Of a stretch of 58,156 bases of DNA, positions 1 to 5,658 are shown one piece after another (position 1 is the first letter of the stretch; every line of letters starts with the position of its first letter). The notes beneath the pieces were generated by a model, which was not told where the DNA came from, did not search any database, and was given only the letters and a program-made list of their open reading frames with translations. Both the position numbers and the translations under genes were made by a program. The DNA is from a virus. Lineage: Duplodnaviria; Caudoviricetes. The stretch is taken from the IMG/VR virus record IMGVR_UViG_3300021976_000015, positions 1-58,156 of that record. One strand, 5' to 3'.

Positions 1-222
1 GAACGCGACTACTTCCGAGTCAACCTCGACCCGGACGCCCACCGTGACGTACTGCCAGGCCTTCTCGTGGAATGCCCTGACGGTGATTCCGTCGTACGTG
101 TCGAAATCGCCTGGTGACGTGTCGTTGTCCTCGGACATGGTCCATTCCAGGATCACGCTCGGAACGTTGGTGTTTTCACTCTCGGTGTCAACGACCACTC
201 GGCCGTCCTCGGGCAGGAACAT
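1..222 (-). CDS. hypothetical acidic protein, 3' end beyond window edge (cargo downstream of hammerhead 1)
   Basis: ATG at 222 preceded by GGAGGTCACC. The frame MFLPEDGRVVVDTESENTNVPSVILEWTMSEDNDTSPGDFDTYDG... stays open to base 1. Confidence 0.75.
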   Translation of the reverse strand, partial: MFLPEDGRVVVDTESENTNVPSVILEWTMSEDNDTSPGDFDTYDGITVRAFHEKAWQYVTVGVRVEVDSEVVAF

Positions 223-268
223 GGTGACCTCCATGTAGCGGTGGTAAGGGGTCTGAGAGGCACGCTGT

Positions 269-324
269 GGACTCGTCAGCGGGTGACTGACACCCGGACA
301 CCCCCGGCACGGGGTGTTTCGTCC
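269..324 (-). ncRNA. type II hammerhead ribozyme HH1
   Basis: Minus strand reads GGAC GAAAC ACCCC-GUGCCG-GGGGU GUC^ CGGGUG-UCAGU-CACCCG CUGACGA GUCC. Catalytic core complete, stems I/II/III paired. Predicted cut between 297 and 296. Confidence 0.92.
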
Positions 325-851
325 TAGACGGAGTAGACGACATACCGACCGTCGGGAAGTTCAAACTTCTCGTGGTGGTGCGGTTGGTTGTAATCGAACA
401 GGTCCGAACGGAATTCGGTCTCATCTACCTCGCCGTCGTCACCAAGTGCACCCTGATCGATCATGAAATCGGCGAATGCGTCTTCCGAGTCGTACACGCC
501 CTGGTACTGGTTGTTGAGGAAGTCGGTGAACCCCTTCACCAGGTCAGGGTTACCGCTCGTGCCGAATTCGTACGCGGCCTTGAGGTACTCCGGCTTCCAC
601 GAAGACGGGGACCCGTAGTAGTCCTCACCAGGTAGCGGAATCAGGGCGTTCACGTAGTCCAGGATTTGGTCGCGGTCATCTCCCGCTTGCCATTCCTCTA
701 CCTCCGTGTCAGACCATTCCACTGAGTACTCATCGAACAACGCGGCAACGGCATTGATCCATGCCGTCACGGTGTCGTCGTCTGTGGTGTCCTCGGGGTG
801 TAGTACCCGGAAGCGGGTAAGCGCGTCCGGATGAACGACGGGATCGAACAT
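324..851 (-). CDS. ArdA-like anti-restriction (DNA-mimic) protein
   Basis: Very acidic 175 aa protein. The C-terminal YQGVYDSEDAFADFMID..G...D..EF..DLF...G..V pattern resembles the ArdA C-terminal domains. Strong SD. The TAG overlaps the GGAC of HH1. Confidence 0.6.
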   Translation of the reverse strand: MFDPVVHPDALTRFRVLHPEDTTDDDTVTAWINAVAALFDEYSVEWSDTEVEEWQAGDDRDQILDYVNALIPLPGEDYYGSPSSWKPEYLKAAYEFGTSGNPDLVKGFTDFLNNQYQGVYDSEDAFADFMIDQGALGDDGEVDETEFRSDLFDYNQPHHHEKFELPDGRYVVYSV

Positions 852-874
852 GGTTGACCTCCGTATAGAAATGG

Positions 875-930
875 GGACTCATCAGGGCACTCACCTAAGT
901 GCCGACGGGACATCAGGTCCCGTTTCGTCC
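875..930 (-). ncRNA. type II hammerhead ribozyme HH2
   Basis: GGAC GAAAC GGGAC-CUGAU-GUCCC GUC^ GGCAC-UUAGGUGA-GUGCC CUGAUGA GUCC. Cut 904/903. Confidence 0.92.
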
Positions 931-932
931 TG

Positions 933-1247
933 TCAGGAGTTGTCGTAATAGCGACCGACAACGACATGGTCGCTATCGGTGCCGCCGTACTCATCGCGGA
1001 CGTATCGAATCAGTACCGCTGAGAATGCGGAATCGGCGGAGTATCCGACCCACCCGGTCAGGGAGGGTTGCTGTTCGGTGACGCGTTCGAACTCGCCCAT
1101 GTCGTACGTCCAGTCGTCGTACCGGAAGAACGATGCGTCTTCCTGTCCACCATTGGCACTCAGGTAGGCGAACTCTTCGCGCTCTGTCTCCGAAAGGTCC
1201 GACCATGTCAAGACCTCACGCTCTACGTTGTCGCTTGTGATTGTCAT
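933..1247 (-). CDS. hypothetical acidic phage protein
   Basis: ATG at 1247 after GGAGGTCAACCCCG. MTITSDNVERE...GWVGYSADSAFSAVLIRY. The longer start in the ORF track runs through HH3 and is unlikely. Confidence 0.75.
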   Translation of the reverse strand: MTITSDNVEREVLTWSDLSETEREEFAYLSANGGQEDASFFRYDDWTYDMGEFERVTEQQPSLTGWVGYSADSAFSAVLIRYVRDEYGGTDSDHVVVGRYYDNS

Positions 1248-1269
1248 CGGGGTTGACCTCCAACTAGGG

Positions 1270-1322
1270 GGACTCATCAGGACCGGCATGACCGATCGAC
1301 GCGGCATGGCCGCGTTTCGTCC
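1270..1322 (-). ncRNA. type II hammerhead ribozyme HH3
   Basis: GGAC GAAAC GCGGC-CAU-GCCGC GUC^ GAUCGG-UCAUG-CCGGUC CUGAUGA GUCC, with one G-U pair in stem I. Cut 1298/1297. Confidence 0.92.
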
Positions 1323-1483
1323 TAGGTAGTTTTCATATCGGCGAAATGGTCGGCGAGGAAGAACCCGTCATGTGGAGTCCATCCACACCAACACTCGGCA
1401 GGGATACCGCGAGCGAGGGTGGCGGGATTGACCTCGTGAATGCCAGAGCACAACCCACAGTCGTGCTCTGTGGTCTCAGGCAT
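1322..1483 (-). CDS. small Cys/His-rich (possible Zn-binding) protein
   Basis: MPETTEHDCGLC...ECWCGW...DH. Overlaps the upstream stop. The TAG overlaps the GGAC of HH3. Confidence 0.6.
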   Translation of the reverse strand: MPETTEHDCGLCSGIHEVNPATLARGIPAECWCGWTPHDGFFLADHFADMKTT

Positions 1484-1724
1484 CCTTGCGCGCTCGGTGC
1501 TTGCCACCCTTGCTAGCCCTCTGAGTGCCACCCTCAGCCCTCTTGCGACTGGCGGGGGTACCCGACATCCGGTAGGCGAGGTAGGCAGCGTCGGTCTGGC
1601 CGCTAGGGGTGTCCACGTAGCGGATCGAACGGAACCAATCGAGCACGGACATGGCGAACCTTTCGGGATGGTGAGGCGGAGTGACGTTCGGGATGTTCGG
1701 GTCAGCGGTCAGCGTCGATCTCAT
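1476..1724 (-). CDS. hypothetical protein
   Basis: Fills the gap between neighbours with overlapping ends. Start uncertain. Confidence 0.45.
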   Translation of the reverse strand: MRSTLTADPNIPNVTPPHHPERFAMSVLDWFRSIRYVDTPSGQTDAAYLAYRMSGTPASRKRAEGGTQRASKGGKHRARKDA

Positions 1725-2121
1725 CGATATTGGTCAGGGTGATGTAGTACGAATAGCCCTGCCGCGTGACGGACACCAGGAACGTGTCGCCGTGCAGTTC
1801 CACAAGGTCACCATTCGCGACATTCGCGGTTGGGGTCGCCTTGTCAGGATCGGGTGAGTCCGAAAGCACCGAGGACATCTCGAATGCGTACGCGTAGGGA
1901 CCAGACACGATCGGTCCACCCTGGACACGTCGCGAGTAACCAGTGGAATCGATGTACCCCACCATGTGGCGCCCATAGGCACCCGCGACAGTGAGGTACA
2001 TGGTTCCCTCACCATCCCAATGCCCACGGTCGCGGGAAGTGTTGTCGTCCCAATAGCGGGACCGATTGAGAGGCACCCGCACACGGGTTGGGATGCGCAG
2101 TTCGGTAGTCGTCTCGGGCAT
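1702..2121 (-). CDS. hypothetical protein
   Basis: ATG at 2121 after GGAGGTCACC. MPETTTELRIPTRVRVP... Confidence 0.75.
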   Translation of the reverse strand: MPETTTELRIPTRVRVPLNRSRYWDDNTSRDRGHWDGEGTMYLTVAGAYGRHMVGYIDSTGYSRRVQGGPIVSGPYAYAFEMSSVLSDSPDPDKATPTANVANGDLVELHGDTFLVSVTRQGYSYYITLTNIDEIDADR

Positions 2122-2149
2122 GGTGACCTCCGGGTAGAGCTTCTGATTA

Positions 2150-2205
2150 GGACTCGTCAGCACGGCTACATACCGTGGACGGGGCGAGTGCACCCCGTTT
2201 CGTCC
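2150..2205 (-). ncRNA. type II hammerhead ribozyme HH4
   Basis: GGAC GAAAC GGGG-UGCACUCG-CCCC GUC^ CACGG-UAUGUAG-CCGUG CUGACGA GUCC. Cut 2178/2177. Confidence 0.9.
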
Positions 2206-2206
2206 G

Positions 2207-2659
2207 CTACTCGGTGTCGTCGTCGGTCTCTTCCTCCTCGTCGTCCTCTTCCTCCTCGTCTTCGTTCTCCAGGTCTTTGTAGTCCTGCTCTGCCTGGCCA
2301 AGAAGCTGCCCTGTCAGGTCATCGGCCGCGTAGAAGAGAACCGTTCCGACACCATCCGTGGTGAGTTCGGGTGGGTCTTCCATCTGACCTTCGTAGTGGT
2401 ACAGGGCCAGGTCTACGAAGACCTGCCAGCGCTCGTGTGTGGGAATCGGGACGGCACTGTCGGCGATTTCGGACGACTCGATTTCCTTGGTGTCGGTCCG
2501 CTCTGCCACTGCCGAAACCACGCGGTCACGGATGTCCAGAAGGAATTCCGCGCCGGGGGACGTCATACTCTCCGGGTACGACGCACCGTCAAGCATTCGG
2601 TAGAGGTCATCGGCGTCGTACTTGGAGATTTCAGCGGTGTTGTACATGGCGTAAGACAT
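2207..2659 (-). CDS. Ocr (T7 gp0.3)-like DNA-mimic anti-restriction protein
   Basis: 150 aa, extremely acidic. EIADSAVPIPTHERWQVF resembles the Ocr motif AADNAVPHYYADIFSV, and it has a poly-D/E tail as Ocr does. Confidence 0.55.
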   Translation of the reverse strand: MSYAMYNTAEISKYDADDLYRMLDGASYPESMTSPGAEFLLDIRDRVVSAVAERTDTKEIESSEIADSAVPIPTHERWQVFVDLALYHYEGQMEDPPELTTDGVGTVLFYAADDLTGQLLGQAEQDYKDLENEDEEEEDDEEEETDDDTE

Positions 2660-2683
2660 GGGGTTGTGACCTCCGTATAGGGG

Positions 2684-2737
2684 GGACTCATCAGGCCACG
2701 CGTTACGTGGCGACACCCGCGAAGGGGTGTTTCGTCC
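2684..2737 (-). ncRNA. type II hammerhead ribozyme HH5
   Basis: GGAC GAAAC ACCC-CUUCGC-GGGU GUC^ GCCACG-UAACG-CGUGGC CUGAUGA GUCC. Cut 2712/2711. Confidence 0.92.
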
Positions 2738-2739
2738 TG

Positions 2740-3012
2740 TCAGTAGTAGTTATCCGGCGGGTAGTGGCCAGGTCCGTAGCAGAGGGACGCGGACAATCCG
2801 TGCTCGCACGTCGGGTAGAGGTACTCGGACAGTTCCTGGTGATCCGGGTAGAGATCCGACACCGAATCGATGACGTGACCGGGACGATCGTTCAGGAACG
2901 CGATGGCCATCGTGTCCGCGTTCGGACCTTCGAAGATGACCTTGTACGACCCCTCACTCAGGGGTGAGGTGACGGACAGGATGACGGGCGTGTGCGTGGT
3001 GGTATCGGGCAT
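2740..3012 (-). CDS. hypothetical protein with C-terminal CEHG...C..P.H motif
   Basis: ATG at 3012 after GGAGGTCACACC. Ends YPTCEHGLSASLCYGPGHYPPD. Confidence 0.75.
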   Translation of the reverse strand: MPDTTTHTPVILSVTSPLSEGSYKVIFEGPNADTMAIAFLNDRPGHVIDSVSDLYPDHQELSEYLYPTCEHGLSASLCYGPGHYPPDNYY

Positions 3013-3053
3013 GGTGTGACCTCCCATAGAGCGGACTGGTGAAGCGGACTTGT

Positions 3054-3105
3054 GGACTCGTCAGGGTTGGAGATACCAACCGACGCGCCTAAGCGCGTTT
3101 CGTCC
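3054..3105 (-). ncRNA. type II hammerhead ribozyme HH6
   Basis: GGAC GAAAC GCGC-UUAG-GCGC GUC^ GGUUGG-UAUCU-CCAACC CUGACGA GUCC. Cut 3082/3081. Confidence 0.92.
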
Positions 3106-3302
3106 TAGGCAGGGATGACATCCATGTAATTGGGTGCCACCTTCAGGGTCCGTTTGGACCGATCCATCATCACGTGCACGTACTTGGTTCCGAGCTTGAC
3201 GACGACGCCAAACCGGTCACCTCGCATCCATGCATCGAGACCGGGGTGCAACTCCACCCTTTCCCCCACGGTGTACTGGTTTGTCTTTTTGCGCGTGGTC
3301 AT
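3105..3302 (-). CDS. small basic SH3-like beta-barrel protein
   Basis: MTTRKKTNQYTVGERVELHP...GVVVKLGTKYVHVMMD. The TAG overlaps the GGAC of HH6. The ATGA overlaps the upstream gene. Confidence 0.65.
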   Translation of the reverse strand: MTTRKKTNQYTVGERVELHPGLDAWMRGDRFGVVVKLGTKYVHVMMDRSKRTLKVAPNYMDVIPA

Positions 3303-3562
3303 TTCAAATCCCTTTCTTTGGGTGTGTGGCCGATGAGAACGTCCGGGCAGTACCCGAGTGCGGTGTGGAAGACGAAGCGCAAGCCGTGCTCCCGGTCCCA
3401 CACGTACCCCTGGAGAACACTCCAGTCCGCCATCTCGTTCGGTGTGGTCTCTACCAGGCCAGAGCAGATCTCCTGAGAGACAGCCGCGCTCGGTGAGGTA
3501 GGCGCGTTGTAATCGGTATGGGGCACGGTCACCACAAGGGCCACCGCGATCAGGGCATGCAA
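3299..3562 (-). CDS. small secreted/membrane protein
   Basis: TTG start after GGAAGG. Hydrophobic N-terminus ALIAVALVV. Confidence 0.5.
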   Translation of the reverse strand: MHALIAVALVVTVPHTDYNAPTSPSAAVSQEICSGLVETTPNEMADWSVLQGYVWDREHGLRFVFHTALGYCPDVLIGHTPKERDLK

Positions 3563-3633
3563 GGGGTACCTTCCGACTAGGGGGCAGGGGCTTCAGGGCC
3601 GCTACGGCCATCTGAGGGGGTTGTGAGGTGAAC

Positions 3634-3825
3634 TCAGGCGAGACGAGGAGTTGGGTTGCACGCGGGCACTCGGGTCTCGCTGTAGAAGTTCGTGAGAGTG
3701 AGCCATCCACTCGCCGAGATGTTGTCCGCCACGTGGGTGGCCAGCTTCTCATCGGTGTACGTCTCGGTGACGTCCCGACCCTCGTCGTCGCGGTAGTCGA
3801 CAAAGAACGTGGTGTATTCGGGCAT
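3634..3825 (-). CDS. hypothetical protein
   Basis: ATG at 3825 after GGAGGTCACC. MPEYTTFFVDYRDDEGRDVTE... Confidence 0.7.
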   Translation of the reverse strand: MPEYTTFFVDYRDDEGRDVTETYTDEKLATHVADNISASGWLTLTNFYSETRVPACNPTPRLA

Positions 3826-3856
3826 GGTGACCTCCCATAGAGCGGACTGGTAAGAC

Positions 3857-3910
3857 GGACTCATCAGGACACCCCATAGGTGCCGACACCCCAGGTGGGG
3901 TGTTTCGTCC
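3857..3910 (-). ncRNA. type II hammerhead ribozyme HH7
   Basis: GGAC GAAAC ACCCC-ACCU-GGGGU GUC^ GGCACC-UAUGG-GGUGUC CUGAUGA GUCC. Cut 3885/3884. The upstream TAA abuts GGAC. Confidence 0.92.
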
Positions 3911-4279
3911 TTACTCCTCGGCGTCGGACAGTTCGTACTCGGCTTCCGAGAGAATGTCCGCGAATGGTGTGAGAGCGACGTGATCCGCATTCGCCTCGTC
4001 ATCGGGGTCTTCCACCTCATCGGAGGCGTAGTAGGAGAGGAATCCGGCCGCGTCACGAAGCGCGCGATCGTGATCCACGTACGGGAGGTTGAGGGTGTGG
4101 TCTTTGTCGCCCACCCAGGACACGATCGGCTCACCCTCGGAACGGGTCAGGGTGACGCGGTAGGCCGCGTAGTGGTCACTCCAGTAGCCATCGGTGACGT
4201 GCCGGTCAAGGAACACACCGAGAATCAGGCCATCGTCCAGGTGGGCGATACGGCCATCGCGGGTGGTGGTGACGTTCAT
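3911..4279 (-). CDS. hypothetical acidic protein
   Basis: ATG at 4279 after GGAGGTCAACACC. MNVTTTRDGRIAHLDD..., with an acidic C-terminus. Confidence 0.75.
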   Translation of the reverse strand: MNVTTTRDGRIAHLDDGLILGVFLDRHVTDGYWSDHYAAYRVTLTRSEGEPIVSWVGDKDHTLNLPYVDHDRALRDAAGFLSYYASDEVEDPDDEANADHVALTPFADILSEAEYELSDAEE

Positions 4280-4301
4280 GGTGTTGACCTCCAGGTAGAA
4301 C

Positions 4302-4357
4302 GGACTCATCAGGCCGCGTATGACGCGACGACGCGGGAATGCACCCGCGTTTCGTCC
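4302..4357 (-). ncRNA. type II hammerhead ribozyme HH8
   Basis: GGAC GAAAC GCGGG-UGCAUU-CCCGC GUC^ GUCGCG-UCAUA-CGCGGC CUGAUGA GUCC. Cut 4330/4329. Confidence 0.92.
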
Positions 4358-4367
4358 TAGGGGTAGA

Positions 4368-4541
4368 TCAGACCGGAACGTTGGTAGAGATGAGGGAAGG
4401 GGATGCCGCGCAACGAAGTGCACGAGCAAGTACCCGTTGTGCCTTCTCGGCGGTGAGGAACCAACCGGAGTAGACGGTGCGTCCACCAACGCAGTCGGTC
4501 CAGCGGACGTAGTACGCGCTCTTGGGGCGGGTTGCGTTCAT
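4368..4541 (-). CDS. small hypothetical protein (57 aa), first gene of the ribozyme operon
   Basis: GGAGGTCACCGCACC-ATG. MNATRPKSAYYVRWTDCVGGRTVYSGWFLTAEKAQRVL... Below the ORF-track length cutoff. Confidence 0.65.
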   Translation of the reverse strand: MNATRPKSAYYVRWTDCVGGRTVYSGWFLTAEKAQRVLARALRCAASPSLISTNVPV

Positions 4542-4587
4542 GGTGCGGTGACCTCCAACTAACCCCCGACGTCTGTGTCGGGGAAAG

Positions 4588-4635
4588 TGCCCGTGTGCGG
4601 ATTCGAACCGCTACAAGCCAACTTCACTCACGGGC
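4588..4635 (-). ncRNA. tRNA-like mini-structure (acceptor stem plus T-arm only)
   Basis: GCCCGUG-(17 nt)-GCGG UUCGAAU CCGC-A-CACGGGC-A: a 7-bp acceptor-like stem and a canonical T-loop, with no D or anticodon arm. Confidence 0.6.
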
Positions 4636-5030
4636 ATGACCTACTTACCAGTGCAAGGGATGCTGCCCTTTCGCCTCGCTAGGAATGCAGGTCATCACGG
4701 CAAGGTCGCACTGTTAGGGATTCGGCTACGCGCTTGGTCATGCCTGCCTACGTAAGAGAGCCGTTCTCACCACTTCCTAGTGGCCATGTTGTTGGATACG
4801 CCGCGAGTAAGTCACCAGGGCTTAGGACTGACAGTCCATCGTGAGCCGAGCTGGGTGGCCGCGCGTATGAGGTAAGCAAGTCAGGGGTCTAGGCATTTTT
4901 CGGCGTTAGCACCCGTCGCGATCGATCACCGCCACTCGCGTGGCCTTACGGGGGTTCCGGCGCTTGACTTGCTCTGTAGTTGTGGCCCCCATGTTCGGGA
5001 GCGGGTGGTGCAAGACCCAAGCTACAGCAC
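4636..5030 (-). ncRNA. candidate large structured non-coding RNA / leader
   Basis: No convincing ORF. Nested helices at 4649-56/4706-13, 4674-79/4700-05, 4633-41/4736-44 and 4875-83/4965-73, plus a GNRA hairpin at 4931-4944. Confidence 0.45.
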
Positions 5031-5450
5031 TAGCGCTGTGTAAGAAGGCATATGACATCACACGTTCGGGTGAATGTAACCAGGACACAAGGGACGCGAA
5101 CGGACATCTTGTGCGTGGAGTGGCAGGTGGAGAGGAAGGGAACACGGCTTCTCAGCTATGGCCACAGCTACCCAAAGACACCCCCTAAACGATCACTCCA
5201 AGCGATCACTCAGAGGCCCATACGTGCAGGTCACGGTGTGTTCTGCACCTTGGTTTTCGGGACGGTAGGCAGTGCACCCCTAGATTCCGCGACCAAGACA
5301 CCCCATCTCTACCTGGTTGGAAGGGGGGTAGGCGGGTTAGAACGTCGCGACCGGGGTCCCCTTTCCACACCAGTGGAAGTAGAGGAGATACCAGGTAGCC
5401 GGTAGACCCCAGTTGGATTTTCGCGACGTGGGGTTCCCCATCCGTAGTAC

Positions 5451-5545
5451 AGGGGAGAGAGGGAGAGAGGAGAGGGGGAGGGAAGAGACAGGGTAGGTAG
5501 GGGGTAGAGGTAGAGGGTAGGTAGAACGAAGGTTTGTAGGTAGAT
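5451..5545 (+). repeat. polypurine tract and GGTAG repeats
   Basis: 38 consecutive purines (5451-5488) followed by GGTAGGTAGGGGGTAGAGGTAGAGGGTAGGTAG. Confidence 0.8.
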
Positions 5546-5658
5546 TGGCTACGTATGAAGGATGGTTAGGTGTTTGCAGGGGTGCTTAGAATTGGATAGG
5601 GCTCTGACCTGCACAAAGACAAGGGCTTTGGTTTTAGGGTGTAACCAGGAGGGCGAAA

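Noticed and set aside
269-4357. Reading the repeated GGACTC(A/G)TCAG...GTTTCGTCC elements as a CRISPR array, integron attC sites or terminators
   Set aside because: The intervening sequences are whole genes of 300-800 bp, and no cas or integrase gene is present in the window. There are no U-tracts. The conserved bases match the hammerhead core exactly, with covarying stems.
933-4489. Long N-terminal extensions in the ORF track (933-1307, 1702-2301, 2207-2716, 3105-3803, 3634-4134, 3911-4489)
   Set aside because: They run through ribozymes or neighbouring genes. The downstream ATGs with SD sequences are much better starts.
4588-4635. A functional tRNA gene
   Set aside because: There is no D arm or anticodon arm, the T-stem is only 4 bp and no CCA is encoded. 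Kept only as a tRNA-like element.
4906-5405. ORFs 4906-5145 (-), 4940-5188 (+) and 5052-5405 (+)
   Set aside because: No SD, atypical codon usage and no recognisable motifs. The region looks non-coding and structured.
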